Positions 9,122-19,642 of a stretch of 64,000 bases of DNA are shown here, in pieces (position 1 is the stretch's first letter; each line of letters opens with the position of its first letter). A model generated the notes under the pieces. It was not told the DNA's origin, did no database searches, and saw only the letters and a list, made by a program, of their open reading frames with translations. A program made the position numbers and the translations under genes. The DNA is taken from assembly GCF_034111725.1 (NCBI RefSeq), contig NZ_JAWUWR010000079.1, positions 640 to 64,639 on the forward strand, written 5' to 3'. Source of the stretch: Thalassolituus sp. (GTDB lineage: Bacteria; Pseudomonadota; Gammaproteobacteria; Pseudomonadales; Oceanobacteraceae).

Positions 9122-10285
9122 ATGATATCTCTCTATCTCGATTACGCTGCTACTACTCCTGTTGATCCTACTGTTGCCGAACGTATGGGGCAGTGCCTCA
9201 CACTTGACGGTAATTTTGCTAATCCGGCGTCTCGTTCGCATCGATTTGGCTGGCAAGCGGAGCAGGCGGTAGAGGTTGCTCGTCGTCAAGTGGCGGATTT
9301 AATAAGCGCCGATCCGCGCGAAATTGTTTGGACGTCTGGTGCAACAGAAAGTAATAACTTGGCCATCAAGGGCGTCGTTGAATGGTTGCGTCGAGAGCAG
9401 CCTAGTCGGCTGTTGCATATCGTGACCTCGGTTATTGAACACAAGGCCGTCCTCGATACCTGCGCTTATTTGCAGCAATACCATGACGTTGATGTTACTT
9501 GGTTGAGCCCTGACGCCGATGGCTTAATAGATCCACAGCAAATCGCAGACGCATTGCGTGACGATACTTGCTTAGTGACTTTAATGGCGGTGAATAACGA
9601 ATTAGGCACTATTACTGATGTGGCTGCGATTGCGCAGTTACTGAAAAATCATCGCGCGTTATTGCACGTCGATGCTGCTCAAGCTGTGGGCAAAATGGCA
9701 GTGAATGTTAACGACTGGCAGGTTGATCTGCTGTCGATATCGGCACATAAGTTTTACGGTCCTAAAGGTATTGGTGCTTTGTATGTGCGCCGTGATCCGC
9801 AAGTGAAGTTGGTTGCTCAAATGCATGGAGGTGGCCATGAACGTGGTATGCGCTCGGGCACTTTGCCAACGCATCAACTGGTCGGTATCGGTGAAGCTGC
9901 GCGTCTTTGCCAAGCGCAACTAGAGACAGATGAAAACCGCATTCGTGCATTGCGTGATCGTTTATGGCGGGGCATTCAGGCGCTAGATGACGTCTATATT
10001 AATGGTCATATTGATCAGCGTGTTGCTAACCATTTGAACGTGAGTTTCGGTGGTTTAGATGGTGAAATTTTACTGGCGTCTTTGGCGAAAGTAGCGGTGT
10101 CATCGGGTTCTGCCTGTACCTCGGCCAGCGTCGAACCGTCATATGTTTTGAAAGCCATCGGTCGCAGCGATGTACTTGCCCACGCCGGTTTACGCATGAG
10201 TGTGGGGCGTTTTACCACTGCTGACGATATTGATAACGCCATACATGAGATCACTCGAGTAGTGACCTTGCTGCGTAGTCATTGA
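9122..10285 (+). CDS. iscS: cysteine desulfurase (IscS type), lacking the usual C-terminal tail
   Basis: YLDYAATTP, SAHK (PLP lysine), GGGHERGMRSGT, SSGSACTS catalytic Cys. Confidence 0.9.
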   Translation: MISLYLDYAATTPVDPTVAERMGQCLTLDGNFANPASRSHRFGWQAEQAVEVARRQVADLISADPREIVWTSGATESNNLAIKGVVEWLRREQPSRLLHIVTSVIEHKAVLDTCAYLQQYHDVDVTWLSPDADGLIDPQQIADALRDDTCLVTLMAVNNELGTITDVAAIAQLLKNHRALLHVDAAQAVGKMAVNVNDWQVDLLSISAHKFYGPKGIGALYVRRDPQVKLVAQMHGGGHERGMRSGTLPTHQLVGIGEAARLCQAQLETDENRIRALRDRLWRGIQALDDVYINGHIDQRVANHLNVSFGGLDGEILLASLAKVAVSSGSACTSASVEPSYVLKAIGRSDVLAHAGLRMSVGRFTTADDIDNAIHEITRVVTLLRSH

Positions 10286-10406
10286 AACAAGCAGTCGTCA
10301 ATTGTTACTAGGTGAGCGTCATGCGTACAACTTTCATGAAAATCTGCGTATAATCCGCGGGTTTTAACCCTATAACTTCTCTTAAACACACAAATGGAGC
10401 TAAAAA

Positions 10407-10832
10407 ATGGCTGTTGAACGTACTCTGTCGATCATCAAACCAGACGCTGTTGCAAAAAACGTAATCGGCGAAATCCAATCTCGTTTCGAAAAAGCTGGTC
10501 TACAGATCGTTGCTGCTAAGATGATCAAGCTGGACGACGAAAAAGCTGGCGGTTTCTACGCTGAACACTCTGAGCGCGGCTTTTTCAAAGATTTGGTTGG
10601 TTTTATGACTTCAGGTCCTGTTGTTGTACAGGTTCTTGAAGGCGAAGGCGCAATCGCTAAAAACCGCGATCTAATGGGCGCTACTAACCCTAAAGAAGCA
10701 GCACCAGGCACTATCCGCGCTGACTTCGCAGAAAGCATCGATGCAAACGCTGCACACGGTTCTGATTCTGCTGAATCTGCTGCACGCTAAATTGCATACT
10801 TCTTCGCTGCTGACGAAATCTGCCCACGCTAA
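10407..10832 (+). pseudogene. ndk: nucleoside diphosphate kinase interrupted by an in-frame TAA at 10788-10790
   Basis: [12 protein letters not shown]...HGSDS; after the TAA the frame continues IAYFFAADEICPR* to 10832, the normal Ndk C-terminus. Confidence 0.85.
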
Positions 10833-10906
10833 GTGGCAGTTTACGGAGGGGGCAGGAGCTCCTTCCGTTTCTTCCGTTCAGGATGCGCCACACCAGGTAA
10901 ACACTG

Positions 10907-12055
10907 ATGACCGATACCCCCGAAAAAATTAATCTGTTGGGCTTGTCGCCCGCCAAAATGGAAGCCTTCTTTGCTGATTTAGGTGAAAAGCGTTTTCGTG
11001 CTCAGCAAATGCTGAAATGGATTCATCAGTTAGGTGAGGCTGATTTCGAAAAAATGACCAATATGGGCAAGGGCTTGCGCGCCAAGCTTGCTGAGGTCAG
11101 CGAAATCCGACTGCCGGAAGTTGTGTACCATGATGTTTCGAAAGACGGCACCCAAAAGTGGGTGATGCGCATGCCGGGTGGCAGCTCGATTGAAACCGTC
11201 TACATCCCCGAAAAAGAGCGTGGCACCCTGTGTGTTAGCTCGCAGATTGGTTGTGCGTTGGATTGCAGTTTTTGCTCCACGGGCAAACAAGGTTTTAACC
11301 GTGATCTTTCCGTTGCTGAAATCATTGGCCAAGTATTTGTTGCAGCCATGAGTTTCGACAAGCCGGGGGAGCGTCGCGAACGCAAAATTACTAACGTCGT
11401 CATGATGGGCATGGGTGAACCACTGTTGAACTTCGATAACGTGGTCGATTCTATGAACCTAATGATGGACGATAACGCTTATGGTTTGTCTAAACGTCGA
11501 GTGACGTTAAGTACCTCTGGCGTTGTTCCTATGATGGATAAACTCGGTGACGTTACCGACGTATCTTTGGCGGTATCGTTACATGCGCCAAATGACGAAT
11601 TGCGTAATCAACTCGTACCAATCAATAAAAAATATCCGCTAAAAGAATTGATTGCCGCTACGAATCGTTATTTGAGTAAGCTGCCGGACCGTCGTAAAGC
11701 AACCATTGAATACACTATGATGGAAGGCGTTAACGATGAAATGGAACACGCGGTTGAATTGTCAGAATTAATGAAACAAGTGCCGTGTAAGATTAACCTT
11801 ATTCCGTTTAATCCGTTCCCTAATTCGGGCTACAAACGCCCAAGTAATAATCGCCTCTATCGTTTTCGCGATTATTTAGTAAACCAAGGTCATATTGTTA
11901 CTATTCGCTCCACTCGTGGTGACGATATCGACGCCGCTTGTGGTCAGTTGGTAGGTCGTGTTGAAGACCGTACTCGCCGCAGCGAACGCTACATCAATGC
12001 CATTCAATTAGACAATGTAGATTCAGAACAAACCCAAGAAGGCCCATCGCTATGA
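10907..12055 (+). CDS. rlmN: 23S rRNA/tRNA m2A methyltransferase RlmN
   Basis: CALDCSFC radical-SAM motif, [14 protein letters not shown]. Confidence 0.96.
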   Translation: MTDTPEKINLLGLSPAKMEAFFADLGEKRFRAQQMLKWIHQLGEADFEKMTNMGKGLRAKLAEVSEIRLPEVVYHDVSKDGTQKWVMRMPGGSSIETVYIPEKERGTLCVSSQIGCALDCSFCSTGKQGFNRDLSVAEIIGQVFVAAMSFDKPGERRERKITNVVMMGMGEPLLNFDNVVDSMNLMMDDNAYGLSKRRVTLSTSGVVPMMDKLGDVTDVSLAVSLHAPNDELRNQLVPINKKYPLKELIAATNRYLSKLPDRRKATIEYTMMEGVNDEMEHAVELSELMKQVPCKINLIPFNPFPNSGYKRPSNNRLYRFRDYLVNQGHIVTIRSTRGDDIDAACGQLVGRVEDRTRRSERYINAIQLDNVDSEQTQEGPSL

Positions 12056-12849
12056 CAGGACGTGTGTTAGCTCGTTGTCTATTAATTTGCCTACCGATTT
12101 TCTTTCTTGCAGGGTGTGTGACTGTAACGGAAAGTCGTTTTACTAAAAAAGAATCTCCTGAAAAATCAGTCGAGAACTATACCCAGCTGGGCATAGGGTA
12201 TTTACAAAAAGGGCGTCCTGATTGGGCCCGTCAGCGTTTGCAAAAAGCGTTAGCGGTTAATCCAAATTATGCTCCAGCGAATGATGCTATGGGTATGGTT
12301 TGGCAAACCGAAGGTGAGTTGGATTTAGCCGAAGAATATTTTCTGAAGGCAATCAACGAAGATAAAACCTTTACCTTAGCGCGTCATCATATTGGCCGTT
12401 TGTATTCGCAATTAAAGCAATCCGAAAAAGCCCAAGAGAATTTGCAAAAAGCAGCCGACGATCGTTATTACGATAATCGTCCGGGCGCTTACAATGATTT
12501 AGCGTTGAATTTTTATCGTATGGATAAGAGTCAGCTAGCTATTGATGCGTATTTGCAAACCTTGCGTTTGGCTCCTTACAACGTGGATGCTTTAGTTAAC
12601 GTCTCTACATTATTGTTCGAAGCACAAAATTACGAAGAGTCACTAAAGTATTTCGACCGTTTCGATCGTTTAGTACAGCGTAATCAAACCCGTCATACGG
12701 CCCATAGTTTGTGGCTAGGAATTAAGTTGGTAACCATCCAGCAAAATACGGCGCGTGTGATTGAGTTTGCTACAGAGTTGAAGCAAAACTTTACAACTTC
12801 GACCGAATATCGTTTGTACCAAGAATCATTGTCAGGGCACGGTGCATGA
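12052..12849 (+). CDS. pilW: type IV pilus biogenesis/stability TPR lipoprotein (PilW/PilF)
   Basis: LAGC lipobox, TPR repeats, conserved position after rlmN. Confidence 0.85.
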   Translation: MTGRVLARCLLICLPIFFLAGCVTVTESRFTKKESPEKSVENYTQLGIGYLQKGRPDWARQRLQKALAVNPNYAPANDAMGMVWQTEGELDLAEEYFLKAINEDKTFTLARHHIGRLYSQLKQSEKAQENLQKAADDRYYDNRPGAYNDLALNFYRMDKSQLAIDAYLQTLRLAPYNVDALVNVSTLLFEAQNYEESLKYFDRFDRLVQRNQTRHTAHSLWLGIKLVTIQQNTARVIEFATELKQNFTTSTEYRLYQESLSGHGA

Positions 12850-13964
12850 ATAAGAATCAGCCAAATCCAATCAAACGTCGCGTCAGTCGTAAAATCTGGG
12901 TAGGTAATGTGCCTGTAGGCGGTGATGCACCGATTGCAGTGCAAACCATGACAAATACCGAGACCACTGATGTGGCTGCAACGGTTGCGCAAATTAAACG
13001 TGCGCAAGATGCCGGTGTCGATATTGTGCGCGTATCCGTGCCGTCTATGGATGCCGCTGAAGCCTTTGGTAAGATTCGTAAGTTGGTCGACGTACCATTA
13101 ATTGCTGATATCCATTTTGATTACCGTATTGCCCTACGAGTCGCGGAGTTAGGTGTCGATTGTTTGCGTATTAACCCTGGTAACATTGGTCGTGAAGATC
13201 GAGTGCGGGAAGTGGTTGAAGCGGCACGTCACAACGGTATTCCGATTCGTATCGGGGTCAATGCTGGTTCGTTAGAAAAAGACCTGCAAAAGAAATACGG
13301 TGAGCCGACTCCCGAAGCTTTGGTTGAGTCAGCTATGCGTCATATCGATATTTTAGATCGTTTGAATTTCCCTGATTTCAAACTGAGCTTAAAAGCATCC
13401 GATATTTTTATGACGGTAGCGGCTTATCGTCAGATCGCAGGCCAAATTGAGCAACCATTGCATTTGGGTATTACCGAAGCGGGTGGTTTACGTGGCGGCA
13501 CAGTGAAGTCGTCTATTGGTTTAGGTTTATTGTTGTGGGACGGTATTGGCGACACTATTCGCGTATCGCTAGCAGCGGATCCGATTGAAGAAGTTAAAGT
13601 CGGCTGGGATATGCTGAAATCGTTAAAACTGCGTTCGCGCGGTATTAACTTTATCGCCTGTCCGAGTTGTTCACGTCAAAACTTTGATGTGATTAAGACA
13701 ATGAACGAGCTAGAAATGCGTACCGAAGATATTCGTACTAGCATGGATGTCGCAGTGATTGGCTGTGTTGTTAACGGCCCAGGCGAAGCCAAAGAAGTCG
13801 ATTTAGGGTTAACCGGTGGGCAGCCTAATTTGGTTTATATTGATGGTAAGCCAGCGGAAAAACTCACCAACGACAATTTAGTCGACGACCTCGAGCGTTT
13901 GATTCGTGCGCGTGCGGCAAAGCTCGCTGAAGAGCGCAAAGACATTATCGCAACCGACGTTTAA
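12846..13964 (+). CDS. ispG: 4-hydroxy-3-methylbut-2-en-1-yl diphosphate synthase
   Basis: [30 protein letters not shown]. Confidence 0.96.
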   Translation: MNKNQPNPIKRRVSRKIWVGNVPVGGDAPIAVQTMTNTETTDVAATVAQIKRAQDAGVDIVRVSVPSMDAAEAFGKIRKLVDVPLIADIHFDYRIALRVAELGVDCLRINPGNIGREDRVREVVEAARHNGIPIRIGVNAGSLEKDLQKKYGEPTPEALVESAMRHIDILDRLNFPDFKLSLKASDIFMTVAAYRQIAGQIEQPLHLGITEAGGLRGGTVKSSIGLGLLLWDGIGDTIRVSLAADPIEEVKVGWDMLKSLKLRSRGINFIACPSCSRQNFDVIKTMNELEMRTEDIRTSMDVAVIGCVVNGPGEAKEVDLGLTGGQPNLVYIDGKPAEKLTNDNLVDDLERLIRARAAKLAEERKDIIATDV

Positions 13965-13996
13965 TTTGGGTTGCACTAGGAATTTAGATCGAGTTT

Positions 13997-15277
13997 ATGG
14001 CTAAAAATATTCAAGCAATTCGCGGTATGAACGACGTTCTACCTGCGCAAAGCCCTGTGTGGCAGTACTTAGAAGGTACTGTAAAAGACGTTCTTGCTGG
14101 TTACGGTTACGATGAAATTCGTATGCCGATTTTAGAGCAGACGGCGCTTTTCAAACGCTCTATTGGTGAAGTCACCGATATCGTTGAAAAAGAAATGTAC
14201 ACGTTTGAAGATCGCAATGGCGATAGCCTGACGTTGCGCCCAGAAGGGACTGCTAGCTGTGTTCGCGCTTGTGAAGAGCATGGTTTGCTGTACAACCAAA
14301 CTCAGCGTTTGTGGTACACCGGCCCGAGGTTCCGCCACGAGCGTCCGCAAAAAGGCCGTTATCGTCAGTTCTTCCAAATTGGTGTTGAAACCTTTGGTAT
14401 GGCGACACCGGATATCGACGCTGAAGTTATTCTAATGACCGCACGTCTTTGGCAGTTCTTAGGTTTAAGCGACTCAGTCACTTTGCAGTTAAATACCTTA
14501 GGGAGCAACGAAGCGCGTGCACGCTACCGTGATGCCTTGGTTGAATTTTTAAGCGAGCGCAAAGATCAGCTCGACGAAGATAGTTTACGTCGCCTAGAAA
14601 CCAACCCATTACGGGTGTTAGATAGTAAAGATCCGCAAACTCAGGCGGTATTAGTTGGTGCGCCGGAACTTCACGACTATCTCGATGACGAAAGTCGCGA
14701 GCACTTTGCCACGTTGCGCGATATTCTCGATAGCGCTGGCGTCCAGTATGAAATCAACCAGCGTTTAGTTCGCGGCCTTGATTACTACTGTAAAACCGTA
14801 TTTGAGTGGGTCACTGATAAGCTTGGTGCGCAAGGTACTGTGTGTGCTGGCGGTCGTTATGACGGCTTGGTCGAGCAACTAGGTGGTAAGCCAACCCCTG
14901 CGGTCGGCTTTGCCATGGGCGTTGAGCGTCTTATCTTATTGCTTGAAACGCTAGAATTGATTCCACCTGAAGTGTTACAAACGATCGACGTGTATGTTTG
15001 CGGCGTAGGTGTTGGAGCAGATAAAGCGGCACTTCTGTTGTCTGATCGTATTCGTGGTGAACAACCTTGGCTGCGTGTCCAAACCCACTGCGGCGGCGGC
15101 AGCTTCAAGAGTCAGATGAAAAAAGCCGATAAAAGCGGCGCCCATTTTGCGTTGCTGTTAGGCGAAAGCGAAATCGCTGATGGCAATGTAACGGTTAAAG
15201 ATATGCGTGGCGGTGCTGACCAGCAGACACTGGCTCAAGCCGACGTTTCGGCTTGGCTGGCTGAACACGTAAACTGA
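13997..15277 (+). CDS. hisS: histidine--tRNA ligase
   Basis: [36 protein letters not shown]. Confidence 0.96.
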   Translation: MAKNIQAIRGMNDVLPAQSPVWQYLEGTVKDVLAGYGYDEIRMPILEQTALFKRSIGEVTDIVEKEMYTFEDRNGDSLTLRPEGTASCVRACEEHGLLYNQTQRLWYTGPRFRHERPQKGRYRQFFQIGVETFGMATPDIDAEVILMTARLWQFLGLSDSVTLQLNTLGSNEARARYRDALVEFLSERKDQLDEDSLRRLETNPLRVLDSKDPQTQAVLVGAPELHDYLDDESREHFATLRDILDSAGVQYEINQRLVRGLDYYCKTVFEWVTDKLGAQGTVCAGGRYDGLVEQLGGKPTPAVGFAMGVERLILLLETLELIPPEVLQTIDVYVCGVGVGADKAALLLSDRIRGEQPWLRVQTHCGGGSFKSQMKKADKSGAHFALLLGESEIADGNVTVKDMRGGADQQTLAQADVSAWLAEHVN

Positions 15278-15330
15278 ACAACTAACATATTAATAGAACA
15301 ACAACGGACTCGTGTTGGGGATAAATAAGC

Positions 15331-15993
15331 ATGACTGAATTGCGTACGGATGAAGAACAAGCAGAAGCGTTAAAAAAATGGTGGTCAGACAACGGCGCGG
15401 GCGTCGTAACTACGATTGCTGTAGTTGCTGCCGGCTGGTTTGGTTGGGGTGCTTGGCAAAATAATCAACAGCAAACTGGTGAAGCTGCTTCTGCCGTTTA
15501 TAGCCAATTGGTTGAGCTATCTGCGCAACCGGCAGAAAGCCAAGATGCTGCTGCCAAAGCAGAAATGCAAGCACTGGCTGAACAACTAAAAGGCGAGTAC
15601 AGCAGTACTTCTTACGCTGACTTCGGTAGCTTGTTTATTGCTCGTTTTGCTGCTGACGCTGGCGATTACGACAGTGCCGTTGCCGAACTGACTGCACTGA
15701 TCGCTAGCGCTGACAAAGGGCCAATAAAATACATTGCCCAAGCACGCTTAGCCGCTATTTTAGTGCAGCAAGAGAAACTGGATGAAGCATTAGCGATTGT
15801 TACTAATATCCCTGATCCAGCTTACGCGCCGCAATTTGAAGAAACCCGTGGTGATGCTCTGTTCCTGAAGGGTGACAAAGCGGCGGCCCGCGAAGCTTAT
15901 TTGCGCGCTTTAGGAGCTGCTCAAGAACTGGGTATTAATAATCCAGCGTTGCAACGTAAGGCTGATAGCTTGGCTATCGCTGGAGACGCCTAA
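15331..15993 (+). CDS. yfgM: YfgM ancillary SecYEG translocon subunit
   Basis: EEQ-x-EALKKWW N-terminus, single TM, TPR-like C-terminus; between hisS and bamB. Confidence 0.88.
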   Translation: MTELRTDEEQAEALKKWWSDNGAGVVTTIAVVAAGWFGWGAWQNNQQQTGEAASAVYSQLVELSAQPAESQDAAAKAEMQALAEQLKGEYSSTSYADFGSLFIARFAADAGDYDSAVAELTALIASADKGPIKYIAQARLAAILVQQEKLDEALAIVTNIPDPAYAPQFEETRGDALFLKGDKAAAREAYLRALGAAQELGINNPALQRKADSLAIAGDA

Positions 15994-17186
15994 TGCGTTT
16001 GCTTCTTGTCCTGATGATGTCTGCCCTTGTGGGGGCATGTTCAAGCCAGTCGGTTAAATCACCTACGCTACCGGATACGGATGGCAGTGTTGATTTATCT
16101 GTGAGCTGGCGCGCCACCTTAGGTAACGGGCCAGGAAGCAGCTACACGCGTTTGAAAGCCGTTGTGCAAGACGACACCGTCTACGCAGCAGATACATCGG
16201 GTGTTGTGTCTGCTTTGAACTTAGAGAACGGTCGCGAGCGCTGGAGCACACAATTGGATTTCGCCATTTTAGGTGGCGTCAGTGTTGCTGGTCAGCAGTT
16301 ATTTGTAAGCACGAATGACGGCAGCCTAGCGTGCCTGGATACCGCGACGGGCGAGGTCGTTTGGACCACGCAATTGAGCAGTGAAGCCGTGTCACCTGCA
16401 TCGACTGACGACGCCCGCGTGTTTGTGCAAACGGTCGATGGCCGTACCTCGGCGTTTGAACGTATTGATGGTAAGCAAGCTTGGTCGTATCAAACCGCTG
16501 CGCCGGTGTTAACCGTGCGAGGTACGGGCGCGCCCGTCGTGCTAGAGCAATTAGTCGTTACCGGTTTTGCTACTGGTAAGGTGGTGGGTCTAGATAAAGC
16601 TCTGGGTATTCCTCGTTGGAATGTACGCTTAGCATCCCCGGATGGTCGTTCTGAATTAGAGCGCTTGGTCGATGTTGATGGCGCACCTGTATGGGACAAC
16701 GGTATTCTCTACGCTGCCGCGTATCACGGTAAAATTGCGGCGATTTCTCAAATGGGCGAAACCATTTGGGAAGAAGACGGTTCTAGCTATACCAGCCCAG
16801 AGTTGGCGCTTGGTAGCTTGTATCTGACCTTAGACGACGACAGCATTCAGTCATACGACATGATGAATGGTGCTAAGTCTTGGAAGCAAACTGGTTTAAT
16901 GGGTCGCGAAGTCGGACAGGTGACTGCCATCGGTACGCAATTAGCGGTCGCTGATGGTGAAGGCTATGTTCATACCATGAGTCAAGTTGATGGCCATATA
17001 ACGGGCCGTATTTTGTTACGTCCTCGTCCCATTCATATGAGCTTTCCAAATCAGGGCGAAGCCACTAACTGGCGCGTACTACGCGGTAAAAATTTTGGTA
17101 TCCGTAGCACGCTAGTCGCGACGGATGTTGGCTTATTGGTATACACCAATACCGGTGAGCTATTGTTATTGAACGTTGAGTCTTGA
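15993..17186 (+). CDS. bamB: outer membrane protein assembly factor BamB
   Basis: VGAC lipobox, PQQ-like beta-propeller repeats, GRSELERLVDVD. Confidence 0.92.
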   Translation: MRLLLVLMMSALVGACSSQSVKSPTLPDTDGSVDLSVSWRATLGNGPGSSYTRLKAVVQDDTVYAADTSGVVSALNLENGRERWSTQLDFAILGGVSVAGQQLFVSTNDGSLACLDTATGEVVWTTQLSSEAVSPASTDDARVFVQTVDGRTSAFERIDGKQAWSYQTAAPVLTVRGTGAPVVLEQLVVTGFATGKVVGLDKALGIPRWNVRLASPDGRSELERLVDVDGAPVWDNGILYAAAYHGKIAAISQMGETIWEEDGSSYTSPELALGSLYLTLDDDSIQSYDMMNGAKSWKQTGLMGREVGQVTAIGTQLAVADGEGYVHTMSQVDGHITGRILLRPRPIHMSFPNQGEATNWRVLRGKNFGIRSTLVATDVGLLVYTNTGELLLLNVES

Positions 17187-17278
17187 TTCGCGCTTAACGC
17201 GCGGATGAGAATGAGACTTTATATATGGGCAGCTAGGGCTGCCCGCAATTCGTGATATTTTTCTGAGGGTTCCTGAAG

Positions 17279-18778
17279 ATGGTTCCTGTCATAGCGCTGG
17301 TCGGGCGTCCGAACGTTGGTAAATCGACATTATTTAACCGCTTAACTAAAACCCGTGATGCACTGGTTGCTGAGATTGCTGGATTAACACGCGATCGTAA
17401 ATACGGTGAAGGCAAAGTGGGTGAGTATCCTTTTATTGTGATTGATACCGGTGGTATTAGTGGGCAAGAAGAGGGTATCGACGAGGCAATGGCCTCGCAG
17501 AGTTTTCAAGCGATAAAAGAAGCCGACATCATATTTTTTATGGTCGATGTGGGTGCTGGTATTACTGTGGGTGATCGCATGATCGCCGATTATTTACGTC
17601 GTAGCGGTAAGTCTGCGTATTTAATTGCGAATAAAATCGACGGTAAAAACCCAGATGTTGTGCTTGCCGAATTCTTCGAATTAGGTATGGGTGAAGCGAT
17701 TCCGATTGCTGCTGCGCATAACCGTGGTATCACCACATTAATCGATTACGTGATGGAGAAACTTCATCCTAAAGTCGAGCCAGAAGAAGAAACCGGTTAT
17801 CTACCGGATGAAGCTGAGCGTGCCATTGAACACGAACAGCTGAATATTAAAGGCACCAAAATTGCCGTAGTAGGCCGTCCGAACGTTGGTAAATCGACAC
17901 TGATTAACCGCTTCCTAGGTGAAGATCGTGTTGTGGTATACGACGAAGCAGGTACAACTCGTGACAGTATTTATATTCCGTATGAACGTCATGGTCAGGA
18001 TTACACCCTGATTGATACGGCGGGTATTCGTCGTCGTAAAAACATTACCGAAGCGGCCGAAAAATTCTCGATTATTAAAACACTGCAAGCCATTCAAGAT
18101 TGCCATGTGTGTATTTTAGTTTTGGATGCACGCCAAGGTATTGTTGAACAAGATTTACACATGCTGAGCTTTGTTTTGAACTCAGGTCGTGCATTGGTTA
18201 TCGCCATCAATAAATGGGACGGTATGGATGCCGATGATAAGCAGCGTGTAAAAGATGAAATTGATCGTCGTTTTGGCTTTTTAACCTTTGCCGAAATGCA
18301 CTTTATTTCTGCCTTGCACGGCACGGGTGTCGGCCATTTGTATGACTCTGTTGATCAGGCTTATGCATCAGCGATGGCGAAATGGCAAACCAATATGCTG
18401 ACTCGCATTTTGGAAGATGCCGTTGGTAGCCATCAGCCACCGGTGGTTCGTGGGCGTCGACCTAAGTTACGTTATGCTCACCAAGGTGGATCAAACCCAC
18501 CAATTATCGTGGTACACGGTAACTTAGCTAATGACTTACCCGAAGATTATCGTCGTTACTTAGCCAATACTTTCCGTCGCGTATTAGAAATTAAAGGTAC
18601 GCCGATCCGTTTTGAATTCCGCCAAGGTGAAAACCCATTTGCGGACAAAACTAAGGAAGTTAAACACAGTAGTCGTCGTCGTGCCGAAGCTGTTGAACGA
18701 ACGGCAAACGTGCGTAAGAACAAGATTGAGAAAGCGCGTAAGCAGTTGAAAAAGACCTACCAAAAACCGAAAGGTTGA
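17279..18778 (+). CDS. der: ribosome biogenesis GTPase Der (EngA)
   Basis: two GRPNVGKS P-loops, DTGG/DTAG, NKxD, KH-like C-terminal domain. Confidence 0.96.
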   Translation: MVPVIALVGRPNVGKSTLFNRLTKTRDALVAEIAGLTRDRKYGEGKVGEYPFIVIDTGGISGQEEGIDEAMASQSFQAIKEADIIFFMVDVGAGITVGDRMIADYLRRSGKSAYLIANKIDGKNPDVVLAEFFELGMGEAIPIAAAHNRGITTLIDYVMEKLHPKVEPEEETGYLPDEAERAIEHEQLNIKGTKIAVVGRPNVGKSTLINRFLGEDRVVVYDEAGTTRDSIYIPYERHGQDYTLIDTAGIRRRKNITEAAEKFSIIKTLQAIQDCHVCILVLDARQGIVEQDLHMLSFVLNSGRALVIAINKWDGMDADDKQRVKDEIDRRFGFLTFAEMHFISALHGTGVGHLYDSVDQAYASAMAKWQTNMLTRILEDAVGSHQPPVVRGRRPKLRYAHQGGSNPPIIVVHGNLANDLPEDYRRYLANTFRRVLEIKGTPIRFEFRQGENPFADKTKEVKHSSRRRAEAVERTANVRKNKIEKARKQLKKTYQKPKG

Positions 18779-18796
18779 AGTAACGCCGCTTCGGAT

Positions 18797-18836
18797 TGAA
18801 TTAAAAAACCCGCTTAAATGCGGGTTTTTTAATTCA
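18797..18836. terminator. bidirectional intrinsic terminator
   Basis: TGAATTAAAAAACCCGC-ttaaat-GCGGGTTTTTTAATTCA between convergent genes. Confidence 0.9.
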
Positions 18837-18850
18837 GGGGTCGTGTTCGT

Positions 18851-19630
18851 TTACTTGCCAGTAAACTTTGCTTCACGGCGCTGCATAAACGACATCACGC
18901 CTTCACGTGCATCGGCGCTGGCAATGATGTCTGGCATGTCATCAAATACATGAGATAGCGCCATGGCATCGCCTTCAATGCGCGCCAGTTTGGATGAACG
19001 CAATGCTGCCTGCACACCTAACGGTGCTGCTGCCGCTATTTTTGCTGCGATTTCGTGTGCTTTATTTGCCAGTTCATCGGCGCTACAAAGTTCTTGTACC
19101 ATGCCCCAGTCATAGGCTTGCTGTCCGGTAAATTCATCGCCGGTTAATAGATACCGCTGCGCTCGTCCCCAGCCAATTTCTTCGGGCAAGCGCACGGTGC
19201 CGCCACCGCAAGGGTAGATGCCACGTTTAACTTCAAGTTGGGCAAAACGAGTTTCGGGTGTGGCTATACGAATATCGGTATTGAGTAACAGCTCTAGACC
19301 ACTGGTGTAGCACAGACCTTGAGCGGCAATAATCAGCGGCTTGCTTAGATGTTGACCGCTAATGCCATAAGGGTCGAGTTCATCGTCTGCTAGCGCTGGC
19401 ATGACACCCTTGGCGAATATTGGTGCCCATTTATCGAGTTCTAGCCCCGAGGTAAAATGTTTACCGTTGGCGAGCAAAATACCCACCCGCAATTCAGGAT
19501 CATGTTCGAGCTGATAAAGAGCTTTGGCTAAACGTTTAAACGTATCAACGTCGAGAGCATTGTATTTTTCAGGACGATTAAACGTCATGGTTAAAATATG
19601 TTCGCTGGCATTAATCAGTAAGCTACTCAT
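18851..19630 (-). CDS. enoyl-CoA hydratase/isomerase (crotonase) family protein
   Basis: NRPEKYNAL, FTSGLEL, GLELLL, EVKRGIYP, REAKFTGK. Confidence 0.9.
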   Translation of the reverse strand: MSSLLINASEHILTMTFNRPEKYNALDVDTFKRLAKALYQLEHDPELRVGILLANGKHFTSGLELDKWAPIFAKGVMPALADDELDPYGISGQHLSKPLIIAAQGLCYTSGLELLLNTDIRIATPETRFAQLEVKRGIYPCGGGTVRLPEEIGWGRAQRYLLTGDEFTGQQAYDWGMVQELCSADELANKAHEIAAKIAAAAPLGVQAALRSSKLARIEGDAMALSHVFDDMPDIIASADAREGVMSFMQRREAKFTGK

Positions 19631-19642
19631 GGTGTTTATCCT

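Noticed and set aside
10741-10932. 63-aa plus-strand ORF overlapping the ndk end, suggesting a frameshift
   Set aside because: The missing Ndk C-terminus is in the same frame as ndk after the TAA, so this is a nonsense change, not a frameshift
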